Part shown: positions 9,024 to 19,006 of the stretch, piece after piece
Numbering within the stretch: position 1 is the first letter of the stretch
How the letters are laid out: each line of letters starts with the position of its first letter
Assembly: GCA_022571255.1 (NCBI GenBank)
Contig: JACZYD010000001.1
Span: 3,892-67,891 of the forward strand
Source of the DNA: Bacteroidota bacterium
GTDB taxonomy: Bacteria; Bacteroidota; Rhodothermia; Rhodothermales; UBA10348
DNA: 64,000 nucleotides
Direction: 5' to 3'
Made by a program: the position numbers and the translations under genes
Notes under the pieces: model-generated
What the model was told of the DNA's origin: nothing
The model's database searches: none
Seen by the model: only the letters and a program-made list of their open reading frames with translations

Positions 9024-9971
9024 TTACACTGGAACGGTATGTCCGGCTTCTTGGATCTTTTTTTCCTGCTCGGTCACTGCGGTCACAAAAATTTCCCGCA
9101 TCGACGGCTCGACAAGTTCAAAACGCGTTATATCATTTGCCGAACGGAGCGCTTCATCGAGGACTTCGCGGGGTTTTGTGTTGTGAAGAAGTCGCACCTC
9201 AGCGCGGTTTTTACTTCGCACATTGATTCGAATCAACTGTCTGGCTTCCATCGTATCAAGAAACGTATCTGATCCCTCGAAATCGATCACCACAGTATTC
9301 TTACCTGCTTTTCGTTTAATATCACGCAGGGCGCCTCTGACCAGAATCTCGCCTTGAGAAATCAGACAGATATCATCACACAGCTGTTCGACCTGCTCCA
9401 TCCTGTGAGACGCAAAAAGAATGGTGCAGCCTCCTTCTTTCAGCTCCATGATTACGTCCTGAAGCAGTTCTGCGTTGATCGGATCGAGTCCGCCGAAGGG
9501 TTCATCGAGAACGAGCAAATCGGGTTCGTGTAAAACGGCTGTAATGAACTGGATTTTCTGCTGCATGCCCTTCGACAACTCATTCGTTTTGCGACTGTAC
9601 CAATCTTCGGCCCCGAATCTCTCCAGCCATCGCCGGACTCGTTTGTTGGCTTCTTTTTTGGGAAGCCCTTTCAATTCCGCGAAATACACAAGCTGGTCGC
9701 CGACCTTCATTTTTTTGTACAATCCGCGTTCTTCGGGCAGATAACCCATGCGCTCCTGACTCCACGGTCCGACTTTTTTATCCCCGAAACGAATCTCACC
9801 TGAGTCCGGAACGGTGATGTAGGTGATCATTCGAATAGTGGTGGTTTTGCCCGCTCCGTTGGGTCCGAGCAAACCAAGAATCCGGCCGGGTTCCGCCGAA
9901 AAAGAAGCTTTGTCTACCGCCAGGACCTTATCAAATTGTTTCGTTACTTCATCGACAGTCAGAACGGGCAT
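9024..9971 (-). CDS. ABC transporter ATP-binding protein (NatA-like)
   Basis: Walker A GPNGAGKTT, ABC signature LSKGMQQK, Walker B LLVLDEPFGGLD and H-loop FASHRM. Confidence 0.9.
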   Translation of the reverse strand: MPVLTVDEVTKQFDKVLAVDKASFSAEPGRILGLLGPNGAGKTTTIRMITYITVPDSGEIRFGDKKVGPWSQERMGYLPEERGLYKKMKVGDQLVYFAELKGLPKKEANKRVRRWLERFGAEDWYSRKTNELSKGMQQKIQFITAVLHEPDLLVLDEPFGGLDPINAELLQDVIMELKEGGCTILFASHRMEQVEQLCDDICLISQGEILVRGALRDIKRKAGKNTVVIDFEGSDTFLDTMEARQLIRINVRSKNRAEVRLLHNTKPREVLDEALRSANDITRFELVEPSMREIFVTAVTEQEKKIQEAGHTVPV

Positions 9972-9999
9972 TCGCGTAGCTGATTATGGAGTTGATTCT

Positions 10000-10272
10000 T
10001 TACAGAAGAGAAAGCGTGGAACTGGGGATGGGTATCAGATACTGGGGTTCAAACAGATCCGTATGTACGCCAAAATAACCCGTACCCCGAAAATCCACAA
10101 CCACAAAACCACCCAGGAGATGGGTGATTTCACCAATGCCGTAATATGTTGGCATCGGGCCATAATAAACCAGCTGGCCCAGAATCATAAGTCGATTATC
10201 CCGGGCACGCCGGTGAAAGGCCGGTACGCAGGGCAGCAGTTCCAGACGATATGAGGATGTTGTATTTTCCAC
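10000..10272 (-). CDS. Hypothetical small protein upstream of the ABC operon (doubtful)
   Basis: This is only an open frame with a GTG start in the same orientation as the ABC genes. No recognisable motif. It may be non-coding. Confidence 0.2.
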   Translation of the reverse strand: MENTTSSYRLELLPCVPAFHRRARDNRLMILGQLVYYGPMPTYYGIGEITHLLGGFVVVDFRGTGYFGVHTDLFEPQYLIPIPSSTLSLL

Positions 10273-10467
10273 GCCAAGTGAATAAAATTGTGCCTTTAAC
10301 GTCTTTTAAGATGGGGAGGTTCTGAATGAAAATTATATGTTTTGCAGGAAAATAGCTTGTTTCCAGCCGTCGAACCGCGTATTATTCGCTATCCCTATCT
10401 TTGGCGTGCTGGTGTCATTTTCTCCCAAGCAGCCGCATCGTTCCCATACAGAGCAACTCTAAGCGGC

Positions 10468-10770
10468 ATGAAGTACGAACTGAAGATCGTCGACCGACAG
10501 GTCGGTCGCAATGGTGACCTTTTCGCGGTATCGATCGGTGAAATGAAGACCATCGAGGAGCGATATCCGTATCTGCGCATCCTCGTTTCTATTGTTGAAC
10601 AGGCACATCCCGAATGGAATCAGGCTCCCACGAAAGACAGCCAGATTGCATTGTTGGTATTTCATATGAGCCGGGGCTCACTCGACAAAGATGAAGTGGC
10701 TGAAATCGTTCGTCTTCGCGACGAAGAACGCGGGTATACGCCACCTCCTGAGCTGAAGAACGAGCAATAG
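10468..10770 (+). CDS. Hypothetical protein
   Basis: ATG at 10468 (MKYELKIVDRQVGRNGDLF...). The composition is plausible for a soluble protein of about 100 aa. No family recognised. The longer ORF starting at 10342 is probably an over-extension. Confidence 0.4.
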   Translation: MKYELKIVDRQVGRNGDLFAVSIGEMKTIEERYPYLRILVSIVEQAHPEWNQAPTKDSQIALLVFHMSRGSLDKDEVAEIVRLRDEERGYTPPPELKNEQ

Positions 10771-10772
10771 TT

Positions 10773-11312
10773 TTATACGATCCGATCCGGATTTGCCCGC
10801 AAAAAACTGTCCCAACTCTGGTGGGGTTTGCGTTTTCCTGATTCTCCGCGGTGGATGTGGCATATGCCGACAGCCAGTGCGTCGGAGGCATCGAGTCCGA
10901 TTTCTGTTTCCTTTGATATGGCCAGGATAGAGCGGATCATGTAACGCACCTGCTCTTTGGTGGCATTTCCATTACCGGTTACTGCTTTTTTGACTTCTTT
11001 TGGTGTGTATTCAGTGACAGGGACCTGAAGATTCAACGATGCCAGCATGGCGGCGGCCTGCGCGCGACCCAGTTTCAGCATCGATTGGGCATTGTTTCCA
11101 TATATGGGCATCTCTATGGCGCACACATCTGGAAGGTGTTTCTTGATCAGGATGTGCAATTCCTCATAAATCGTTCGAAGGCGGTTCTGGTGGGACAATT
11201 TCCCGTCGAGGCGAATCGTGCCCTGAGCGAGCAGTCGCTCACCATGTTCGTCCGACTCAATCATTCCAAAACCTGTAACGAGCGATCCGGGATCGATTCC
11301 GAGAATGATCAT
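10773..11312 (-). CDS. ruvC: Crossover junction endodeoxyribonuclease RuvC
   Basis: MIILGIDPGSLVTGFGMIE N-terminus, typical RuvC length, and adjacency to yebC as in many bacteria. Confidence 0.9.
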   Translation of the reverse strand: MIILGIDPGSLVTGFGMIESDEHGERLLAQGTIRLDGKLSHQNRLRTIYEELHILIKKHLPDVCAIEMPIYGNNAQSMLKLGRAQAAAMLASLNLQVPVTEYTPKEVKKAVTGNGNATKEQVRYMIRSILAISKETEIGLDASDALAVGICHIHRGESGKRKPHQSWDSFLRANPDRIV

Positions 11313-11313
11313 A

Positions 11314-12060
11314 TCACGACAGTTCGGCCATCAAGGCGTCATCAAATTCGAGATTGGTGTAGACTGCCTGTACGTCCGGATGATCTTCCAGTTTTTCAAT
11401 CAACTGCGTGATTTTTCTGGCCGCATCGATGTCCAGACTGTTGGTGCTCAGTGGTACACGTTGAAGCGAGGCCTCTTCGACACTGATTCCGGCTTTTTCA
11501 AGGGCGGACTGCACGGATCCGAATGCTTCGACCTCGCACGTCACGATAAATTGATCTCCCGAAAGTTCAAGGTCCTCCGCTCCTGCATCCGCCACGACTT
11601 CGAACAGACGGGATTCGTCAACTCCTGCGGCCGGCACATCAAAAACTCCTTTTCGGCTGAACAGATACGCCACCGATCCGTTCTGGCCCAAACTGCCGCC
11701 GGCTTTTGACATGATGGATCGCACATCGGCAACCGTACGGTATGTGTTGTCGGTCAGCGCTTCCACAAATACTGCGATTCCGCTCGAAGCGTAACCCTCA
11801 TAGGAGATTTCGACATAGTCAGCACCCTCGATCTCTCCGGTGCCGCGTTTTATCGCCCTTTCAATATTATCCTTGGGCATGTTTTCTGACTTCGCCTTCT
11901 CGATGGCGACCGCCAGATGTGGATTCATGCCCTGGTCCCCTCCACCATCTTTGGCGGCGACCATGATATCACGCGCGATGCGAGCCCATATTTTAGATTT
12001 TCTGGCGTCTTTTGCGCCCTTTTTACGCTTTATCGTGGACCATTTACTGTGTCCTGACAT
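11314..12060 (-). CDS. yebC: YebC/PmpR family DNA-binding transcriptional regulator
   Basis: MSGHSKWSTIKRKKGAKDARKSKIW... is the canonical YebC N-terminus. 248 aa. Confidence 0.9.
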   Translation of the reverse strand: MSGHSKWSTIKRKKGAKDARKSKIWARIARDIMVAAKDGGGDQGMNPHLAVAIEKAKSENMPKDNIERAIKRGTGEIEGADYVEISYEGYASSGIAVFVEALTDNTYRTVADVRSIMSKAGGSLGQNGSVAYLFSRKGVFDVPAAGVDESRLFEVVADAGAEDLELSGDQFIVTCEVEAFGSVQSALEKAGISVEEASLQRVPLSTNSLDIDAARKITQLIEKLEDHPDVQAVYTNLEFDDALMAELS

Positions 12061-12215
12061 ATCGGAACGAACTTCTGAAAGTGGGTCGATGGAAGGCGGG
12101 AATATACAAAGGGCGCAGTTTCTCGCGATTCAAATCTATTCCATGAACCGCTTCCCTCAATTCACGTAACACCGGGCTATATTACAGGTTTCCTGATTTT
12201 TGTCCGACCTTACTT

Positions 12216-13622
12216 ATGAGCCTGATATCAGATATCCCAGTTCTGGATGATCTCGATGCTCCGCGAGCCTCGACGGTGCGCGCGACAGGAGAGATTCAGG
12301 TTTATCTCGAAACCTACGGGTGCCAGATGAATGTGTCTGACTCTGAGATTGTGGCTTCTATCCTCAAAGAAAACGGGTATGGACTGACGGGGAGGCTTGA
12401 AGACGCCGATGTCATTCTTATAAACACATGTGCCATCCGGGAAAATGCCGAGCAGAAGGTGCGCCGGCGGCTGGCTGAAGTTCGTGCACACAAACGTCAC
12501 AACCGCCCGGATTTAAAAATCGGCGTACTCGGCTGCATGGCCGAACGTCTCCGGGAAAACCTTCTCGAGCAGGAAAAACTTGTGGATCTTGTGGTAGGGC
12601 CGGATGCGTACCGCGACCTTCCGCGTTTGCTGGGCGAAACGGCCGATACCGGACAGGCGGTTGTCAACGTGCAGCTCTCACGCGAAGAAACCTATGACGA
12701 CATTACGCCGATCCGCTACGATTCCAATGGAATTTCTGCGTTTGTTTCGATCATGCGCGGCTGCGACAATATGTGTTCATTCTGTGTGGTTCCATTCACG
12801 CGGGGCCGCGAGAGGAGTCGGTCGATCACGAGCATTCTTGACGAATGTACCTCGCTTGTGGACGAGGGATACCGCGAAGTAACCGTCTTGGGTCAGAACG
12901 TAAATTCGTATCGATTCCGGCAAAACGGTACAGCGGTGGATTTTCCAGAGCTCATACACCGGATCAGCCTGGTCTCCGATGATCTTCGCGTTCGGTATTC
13001 GACCAGCCATCCGAAAGACTGTTCGGACGATCTGTTGAATGTGCACCGCGAACGAGCAAATGTATGCAACTATATTCACCTGCCCGTTCAACACGGCAAT
13101 ACGGATATGCTCAAGCGAATGCGCAGAACGTATTCGCGAGACGAATATCTGGGACTGGTGGAGAGGGCGCGCAAAATCGTCCCGGGGATTGCGCTGTCGA
13201 CCGATATCATCGCCGGATTTTGTGCCGAGACGGAAGAAGAACACCAGGATACGCTTTCTCTGATGCGCGAGGTGAGATACGATCAGGCCTATATGTTCAT
13301 GTATTCCGAGCGCCCGGACACTTACGCGGCTCGAAAATTCAAGGACGATGTACCTGAGGTGGTCAAGAAGCGGCGTCTGAGTGAGATTATTGCCCTTCAG
13401 AGTCAAATCTCACTGCAGAACAACAAAAAGGAAATTGGCCGGGAGCATACGGTGCTGGTAGAAGGACCGAGTCGCCGAAGCAATGATCAACTCTCAGGGC
13501 GTACGGATACGAACAAAATGGTGGTATTTGACCGCCGTGCGCTTAAAAAGGGAGATTACGTGCGAGTCCGGGTTCACGACTGCACATCGGCTACGCTTCG
13601 CGCGGAGGTCGTTGATGGATAG
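12216..13622 (+). CDS. miaB: tRNA-2-methylthio-N6-dimethylallyladenosine synthase MiaB
   Basis: [15 protein letters not shown] (UPF0004 domain), the radical [14 protein letters not shown] motif, and a C-terminal TRAM domain. Confidence 0.9.
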   Translation: MSLISDIPVLDDLDAPRASTVRATGEIQVYLETYGCQMNVSDSEIVASILKENGYGLTGRLEDADVILINTCAIRENAEQKVRRRLAEVRAHKRHNRPDLKIGVLGCMAERLRENLLEQEKLVDLVVGPDAYRDLPRLLGETADTGQAVVNVQLSREETYDDITPIRYDSNGISAFVSIMRGCDNMCSFCVVPFTRGRERSRSITSILDECTSLVDEGYREVTVLGQNVNSYRFRQNGTAVDFPELIHRISLVSDDLRVRYSTSHPKDCSDDLLNVHRERANVCNYIHLPVQHGNTDMLKRMRRTYSRDEYLGLVERARKIVPGIALSTDIIAGFCAETEEEHQDTLSLMREVRYDQAYMFMYSERPDTYAARKFKDDVPEVVKKRRLSEIIALQSQISLQNNKKEIGREHTVLVEGPSRRSNDQLSGRTDTNKMVVFDRRALKKGDYVRVRVHDCTSATLRAEVVDG

Positions 13623-15024
13623 AACATCGATGCAGGAGCGTTTTGGAATTATCGGGACATCGCCGGGGATCCGGCACGTGCTGGATCGTGTCCGGCAGGT
13701 AGCACCCACGGATATTACGGTCCTGATCGAGGGCGAAAGTGGTGTTGGCAAAGAATTGGTCGCCAAGGCGGTACACGAACTCAGCTCCCGTCGGCACAAT
13801 CCTATGTTGACGATAAACTGCGCTGCCATTCCGGAGGGTCTGCTTGAGTCAGAACTTTTCGGGAATGAAAAAGGCGCATACACCGGCGCGGTGGAGAGAC
13901 GGCGCGGGTATTTTGAGGAGTCGAACGGGTCCAGCATATTCCTGGACGAAATTGGTGAAATGCCGCTGTCCGCGCAGGTTCGGTTGTTGCGCGTACTCGA
14001 AACAGGAGAATATTCGAGGGTTGGCTCGTCGACGGTCTTGTACAGTGATGTTCGTGTCATTGCCGCCACGAACAGAAATTTAGGCCAGGATGTAGCCTCA
14101 GGTCGTTTTCGGGAAGACCTCTATTACCGGTTGAGCACGGTGATCGTGACCGTACCCCCTCTTCGTGATCGAAAGGAAGACATTCTGCCGATTTTCGAGA
14201 GCTTTCGGCACAAGTTCACGCAGCGCTACAACAGACCGATGCGCACGCTTGACGCCTCAGCGCAGTCGCTGCTTCTGCGGTATCGTTGGCCGGGAAATGC
14301 ACGGGAATTGCGCAACCTGGCCGAACAGACGGCTGTCCTTTTACGGTCTGAGACGATAACGGCGGATGATATCAGGCCGTTTCTGCGTGGCGTTTCGGGG
14401 AGCGGGTCCGAAGCCGGATTGTTGCCGGTGCGAACAACCGGACAGGTGTCGAAAGACCCTGAATCCCGCGAACGCGGATTGATTTATGGCGCACTCCTCG
14501 AACTCAAGAAAGATGTAGCCGAACTCAAAGACAGTGTGGGTCAGCTGATTGCACGGCCTCCGCCGGAGTGGAGCGCTCCGCACAGTGCACAACACACCTC
14601 GCTTCGCCCGTCCCAGCTCGGGCCACATCTGGAATCCGGTTCTGATGAAAGTGCGTCACCGTCCTCGTTTATGCTGGATGATGAAGACTCTTTCATCGAG
14701 GATGTTGCTTACGAGATTGAGCAGGGTAACGGGGAGAATGGCGAGGATCTAAGTGTTGCGGCGGCTGGATCGGCGGCTTCTGGACAGGCTTCTGGATCGG
14801 CGGCTTCTGGACAGGCTGCGAGTGGATCCGGCGCGGGTTTGTCTTCCTCCGAAGTGGAAATCCCGTCCCTGGAAGATTCGGAGAGACGTCTTATCGAAGA
14901 AGCGCTCAAACGATATAACGGAAACCGTCGACAGACTGCGGAAGTCCTCGGGATCAGCGAGCGAACCTTGTACCGCAAGATCAAGGAATATGAAAAGTCG
15001 GATGCCGCCGAAGAAGAATCGTGA
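13615..15024 (+). CDS. Sigma-54-dependent transcriptional activator (bEBP) lacking an N-terminal sensory/receiver domain
   Basis: The AAA+ domain starts almost at the N-terminus ([12 protein letters not shown] Walker A). The GAFTGA-loop variant is [19 protein letters not shown] is present, and the C-terminal Fis-type HTH is [22 protein letters not shown] prefer the ATG at 13615 (8-nt overlap with the miaB stop) to the ORF-track start at 13483. Confidence 0.85.
   Translation: MDRTSMQERFGIIGTSPGIRHVLDRVRQVAPTDITVLIEGESGVGKELVAKAVHELSSRRHNPMLTINCAAIPEGLLESELFGNEKGAYTGAVERRRGYFEESNGSSIFLDEIGEMPLSAQVRLLRVLETGEYSRVGSSTVLYSDVRVIAATNRNLGQDVASGRFREDLYYRLSTVIVTVPPLRDRKEDILPIFESFRHKFTQRYNRPMRTLDASAQSLLLRYRWPGNARELRNLAEQTAVLLRSETITADDIRPFLRGVSGSGSEAGLLPVRTTGQVSKDPESRERGLIYGALLELKKDVAELKDSVGQLIARPPPEWSAPHSAQHTSLRPSQLGPHLESGSDESASPSSFMLDDEDSFIEDVAYEIEQGNGENGEDLSVAAAGSAASGQASGSAASGQAASGSGAGLSSSEVEIPSLEDSERRLIEEALKRYNGNRRQTAEVLGISERTLYRKIKEYEKSDAAEEES
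14766..14819. repeat. 2 x 27-bp in-frame tandem duplication inside the bEBP linker
   Basis: TGGATCGGCGGCTTCTGGACAGGCT is repeated head to tail with a 27-bp period. It encodes GSAASGQAS / GSAASGQAA between the AAA+ domain and the HTH. Confidence 0.85.
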
Positions 15025-15551
15025 TTCTGCGAAAACATACGACCCTTCGGATTGCGTACATATCTGCGCTGTTTCTGATAATCAACGTGCAATTTTCCGC
15101 CTGTGGGTACTACAGTTTTTCAGGTGTTTCGATACCGTCACACTTGGGAACGATCGCTATTCCTCTGGTGCAGGACAACAGCATCAGTACGGTCGAAATG
15201 CTGGATGCACAAATGACCGAGCTGCTCATTAACCGCTTTGTGAGACAGACGAGGCTTTCTCTTGATCCTCGCCCGGAAAATGGAGACGCTCTGCTTGAAG
15301 TGACCATCAACCGATATCAGAACCTGCCCACGTCCGTTACCGGGCAGGAGCAGGCCAGCCGTAACCGGGTAACCATTACCGCGACGGCCCGCTACAGCGA
15401 TCAGGTTGAAGATAAATCTCTTCTGGATCGATCTTTTTCTGCCTTTGAAGAGTACGATCCGCTTGCCCCTGAGCAAGAGCAGATTGCTGCTCTCGCGGTC
15501 TTGAGTAAATTAGTCGACGACATTTTCACAGCGGCCACGTCGAACTGGTAA
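15021..15551 (+). CDS. LptE-like lipoprotein (LPS assembly)
   Basis: Signal peptide with the lipobox FSAC followed by GYYSF. The size (176 aa) and the position after miaB and the bEBP fit the synteny I recall from Bacteroidota. The GTG start overlaps the bEBP stop (GTGA). Confidence 0.5.
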   Translation: MILRKHTTLRIAYISALFLIINVQFSACGYYSFSGVSIPSHLGTIAIPLVQDNSISTVEMLDAQMTELLINRFVRQTRLSLDPRPENGDALLEVTINRYQNLPTSVTGQEQASRNRVTITATARYSDQVEDKSLLDRSFSAFEEYDPLAPEQEQIAALAVLSKLVDDIFTAATSNW

Positions 15552-15630
15552 CTTTGACGTATTTTGACAGCCTTCGTCCCGCGATCGTGTTCCGGAATGC
15601 GGGTCGTTGCACACCATTGATCTCCTGAAG

Positions 15631-16389
15631 ATGTCAACTCCTGATCTTCGTTCTGCTGCTTCGCTACTCGAAAAAGGCGATTATGACGGGGCAAGAATTA
15701 CCCTGGAAAGGCTGGTAGACCATGATCAAGCCTACGTGGCGGCGCACGTGCTGCTGGCCAAAATTGCTGAAAGCCAGGCCCGATTCAAGGACGCGATCCT
15801 GCACTGGGAGCATGCGTATTCGATCAATCCGATGAGTACGGAAGTATCCGTCAGTTATGAGAGCGCGGTTTTACGCACTCTTCTGCCCAACCCTGCCTCG
15901 GCTCCGATCCGTGAAATGAATCTGGTACCGCCTCTTGAGGAAATCAATGAGAGCGAGCATGATCCGGACGTAATGAAGTCCGAAGGCTCTGCTCCTGACT
16001 CATCTGTTCCGAAAGAGATCGAGTCCGAAAAGATCGTACTTGGCGATTCCACACCGAATCCGTCAGATTCTGCGGTCACAAAGTCTGTTGTCCGCCCCGA
16101 AAAACAGCTTTGGGTAGAGCGAATCGAAGACTTGGACCGTCTTATCGACGAACTGGATTCGGCGCACATCATCCCTGATCCTGATATCGAAACCATCTCG
16201 GATGCCGAGCTGAGAAACGATATTGATGATGTGGTATCCGAAACGCTGGCCCGAATTTATGCCTCGCAGAATTATTTTTCGGAAGCCGGCGACGTCTACG
16301 AGAAACTGGCAGTACAACATCCGACTCGCAAAGATGAGTTTGCAGAAAAGGCGGCAGACATGTTTACGAGAGCGATTGCTCGAAATTAG
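15631..16389 (+). CDS. TPR-like repeat protein, function unknown
   Basis: The N-terminal and C-terminal helical segments resemble TPR repeats (GDYDGARITLERLV..., NYFSEAGDVYEKLA...). The middle is acidic and low-complexity. The start could be the TTG at 15607 or the ATG at 15631. Confidence 0.5.
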   Translation: MSTPDLRSAASLLEKGDYDGARITLERLVDHDQAYVAAHVLLAKIAESQARFKDAILHWEHAYSINPMSTEVSVSYESAVLRTLLPNPASAPIREMNLVPPLEEINESEHDPDVMKSEGSAPDSSVPKEIESEKIVLGDSTPNPSDSAVTKSVVRPEKQLWVERIEDLDRLIDELDSAHIIPDPDIETISDAELRNDIDDVVSETLARIYASQNYFSEAGDVYEKLAVQHPTRKDEFAEKAADMFTRAIARN

Positions 16390-16444
16390 GCTTGCGCTCT
16401 GTCTTGCCTCCTGATTCCAGGAATCTGAAATTCAGTGGAATCCT

Positions 16445-17647
16445 ATGAATCATCCGTTTTCGATACTTTTCAAGTCTACAGAGCGGCGGATGCTCGGCCT
16501 CATGACCGGAACGTCGCTGGACGGAATCGATATCGCAGACGTACACATTTCGGGTTCGGGCGATGAACTGACCTGGAGTTTGAAGGGGTATCGCTCGGTA
16601 CCGTATCGCGATGGTGTCAAAGAAATTTTACTGCGGAACAGCCAGGCCGAGTCCGCTTCCCTCGTCGAACTGACACTGCTTGGTGATCTGCTGGCACAGG
16701 AATATGAGGAAGCCATATTATTCGCCGTAGCCGGCTGGCACGTTTCTCTCAGCGACTTTGACGCGGTCGGCGTTCACGGGCAGACGATGTATCATCATCC
16801 GGACGAGGTCCGTCTCGCCGGTCGCTTGGTATCGGGATCGTTTCAAGCCGGAGATCCGTCCGTATTGGCCGCACGGCTCGGCCTTCCTGTCATCGGTGAT
16901 TTTCGTGTGGCGGATATGGCCCTTGGAGGTCAGGGTGCGCCCTTGGTGCCATATTTTGATTACGTGACATTTCGGCACGCGACAGAACACCGGATGCTTA
17001 TCAACTTGGGCGGCATTGCAAACGCAACGATATTGCCGGCCAACGCTGATGTCGATGAAGTGTATGCTTTTGATACCGGTCCGGGTAATATGATTCTGGA
17101 TGCCCTGGCGGTGAAATACCTCGACGCTCCTTTCGACGAGGGCGGTGAAATGGCTCTGCGGGGTACACCGGACGCCACATTGCTCGCCGAACTTTTGAAA
17201 CATCCGTTTTTTGATCGGAAACCACCTCGCTCGACGGGGCGAGAGCTGTTCTCGGCCCGGTACGTGAACGAATTAATCGCGCGTTGCGACGCTCTGGGAG
17301 TCTCTACCGAGGACCTGTTTGCTTCTGTGGCTGCGTTCACTGCCGATTCGATTCTGTGCGCCTGGGAACGATTCGTGAAATCGGATTTATCGTTAAGTCG
17401 GATCCTGATCTCCGGTGGTGGCGTCCATAACCGTGCCGTGATGGATCGGCTGGAAAAAGGTTTCCATCCTGTTCCCGTTCAAACCACCGATGAATACGAC
17501 GTTGATCCGGATGCGAAAGAGGCTATTTGTTTCGCGGTCCTTGCGCATGAAACGTTGAATGGCGTACCTACAAATATACCGGGAGCGACCGGGGCTTCGC
17601 GGCCCACGGTGCTCGGAAAAATATGCTTTCCGGGGCCTGTGCAATGA
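16445..17647 (+). CDS. anmK: Anhydro-N-acetylmuramic acid kinase
   Basis: LGLMTGTSLDGIDIA N-terminal motif, 400 aa, and NIGGIANAT-like LINLGGIANATIL. Confidence 0.9.
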   Translation: MNHPFSILFKSTERRMLGLMTGTSLDGIDIADVHISGSGDELTWSLKGYRSVPYRDGVKEILLRNSQAESASLVELTLLGDLLAQEYEEAILFAVAGWHVSLSDFDAVGVHGQTMYHHPDEVRLAGRLVSGSFQAGDPSVLAARLGLPVIGDFRVADMALGGQGAPLVPYFDYVTFRHATEHRMLINLGGIANATILPANADVDEVYAFDTGPGNMILDALAVKYLDAPFDEGGEMALRGTPDATLLAELLKHPFFDRKPPRSTGRELFSARYVNELIARCDALGVSTEDLFASVAAFTADSILCAWERFVKSDLSLSRILISGGGVHNRAVMDRLEKGFHPVPVQTTDEYDVDPDAKEAICFAVLAHETLNGVPTNIPGATGASRPTVLGKICFPGPVQ

Positions 17648-17677
17648 TGTTTCAGTGGGTCGACGGCCTTAACGGCC

Positions 17678-17725
17678 CCGCCGCCGCAGCGGGCCATAAC
17701 ACCGCCGCCGCAGCGGACCATAACA
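17678..17725. repeat. 2 x 24-bp tandem repeat just after the anmK stop
   Basis: CCGCCGCCGCAGCGGGCCATAACA is followed by CCGCCGCCGCAGCGGACCATAACA (1 mismatch). A degenerate partial copy lies upstream (from about 17661). Confidence 0.85.
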
Positions 17726-17746
17726 CAGATTTTCAGGCAAACACGA

Positions 17747-18820
17747 ATGAGTGAAAAATTTACTCCTGTTTCCACGGTCGGCGAATTCGGTCTGATCGAT
17801 CGATTGATGGCGCGGGTAAAGGGCGACGACGAGCCGTCCGAACTGGTCGTGTGCGGCTCTGGAGATGATGCGGCCGTGTACCGGGCTACCGAAGGACGAT
17901 TGCAGGTAATCACAACGGATGCGCTGATCGAAGGCGTGCATTTCGACCGCCGGTTTACACCCATGTCATATCTGGGAATCAAAGTCATCGCAGCCAGCGT
18001 GAGCGATATCGCGGCCATGAACGCCCGTCCGCGCGTGGCGACGATCGCGCTCGGAATTCCGCGAAATGTATCTCTCGAGATGCTTGAGAGTCTGTACGAC
18101 GGTATAGCTCTCGCATGCAAAACCTACGGCGTTCAACTTGTCGGAGGAGACACCACTTCGTCGCGCGCGCTTTCGATGTCGGTGACTATCATCGGAGAAG
18201 CGGCTGCTGAAGACCTTGTTTTCCGGCGCGGTGCGAATGTGGGCGACCTGTTGTGTGTGACCGGCGACCTGGGGGCTTCCTACGCCGGCCTTCAAATACT
18301 CGCAGAACAGCGAAAAGCGTTGGAGGAGCTTGGCGAGGAATATGAGCCGGATCTGGAGCCCCACCGATACGTGATCGATCGCCACTTGAAGCCGGAAGCG
18401 CGGCTGGATTTCGTAGACATTCTTGAGGAATTGCGTGTCAGACCGAGTGCAATGATTGATATATCGGATGGCCTGGCATCGGAATTGAACCATATCTGTA
18501 CACAAAGCGGAGTCGGGGCGACAGTGCAGGTTTCCAATCTGCCGTTTGATCCGGTCACGAGGGCCGTCGCAGATCAGTTCATGCAGGATGTAGATATGTA
18601 TGCATTTTTTGGCGGCGAAGATTATGAGCTTCTTTTCGCGGCGCATCCTGATGATGCGCAGAAAGTTGCTCACGCGGGTCACTGCGTCATAATAGGTCGT
18701 GTCGAAGAGAAGAGCGTCGGCGTTCGTGCTTTAAGCGCCGATGGTCAGATCATTCCGCTTGATGGTAGCGGGGGTGGGGGGTTCGACCATTTCGGAGGAG
18801 ATGGCGCACCGGATCCGTGA
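17747..18820 (+). CDS. thiL: Thiamine-monophosphate kinase
   Basis: EFGLIDRL...GDDAAV N-terminal motif and AIR-synthase-like fold motifs (GGDTT, DISDGL). The last roughly 7 codons are encoded by the first unit of the 23-bp repeat array. Confidence 0.9.
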   Translation: MSEKFTPVSTVGEFGLIDRLMARVKGDDEPSELVVCGSGDDAAVYRATEGRLQVITTDALIEGVHFDRRFTPMSYLGIKVIAASVSDIAAMNARPRVATIALGIPRNVSLEMLESLYDGIALACKTYGVQLVGGDTTSSRALSMSVTIIGEAAAEDLVFRRGANVGDLLCVTGDLGASYAGLQILAEQRKALEELGEEYEPDLEPHRYVIDRHLKPEARLDFVDILEELRVRPSAMIDISDGLASELNHICTQSGVGATVQVSNLPFDPVTRAVADQFMQDVDMYAFFGGEDYELLFAAHPDDAQKVAHAGHCVIIGRVEEKSVGVRALSADGQIIPLDGSGGGGFDHFGGDGAPDP

Positions 18821-19006
18821 CCGATGGCGCGGGACGTTTATGACCGGTGGCGCACCGGCTCTGTGACCGATGGCGCGGGACGTTTATGACCGATGGCGCG
18901 GGACGTTTATGACCGGTGGCGCACCGGATCCGTTGCCGGTGACGTACCGGATCCGTGACCGATGGCGCGGGACGTTTATGACCACTGGCGCACTGGATCC
19001 GTGAAC
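18800..19006. repeat. Tandem array of nine 23-bp units in two alternating sequence variants
   Basis: Units read directly from the sequence. Variant A is GRTGGCGCACCGGATCCGTGACC. Variant B is GATGGCGCGGGACGTTTATGACC. The order is A B A B B A A B A. The units are contiguous with no spacers. The array starts inside the last codons of thiL. Confidence 0.9.

Noticed and set aside
13483-13614. N-terminal extensions given by the ORF track for several genes (13483, 20939, 23907, 23977, 28974, 32609, 38790, 41884).
   Set aside because: The extensions overlap upstream genes or lack signal or family sequence. Internal ATGs give canonical N-termini (AAA+ start, lipoprotein signal peptides, family N-terminal motifs) and sensible 4-14 nt overlaps or short gaps.
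18800-19006. Possible CRISPR array.
   Set aside because: The units are contiguous 23-mers with no unique spacers. There are no cas genes and the repeat length is too short.
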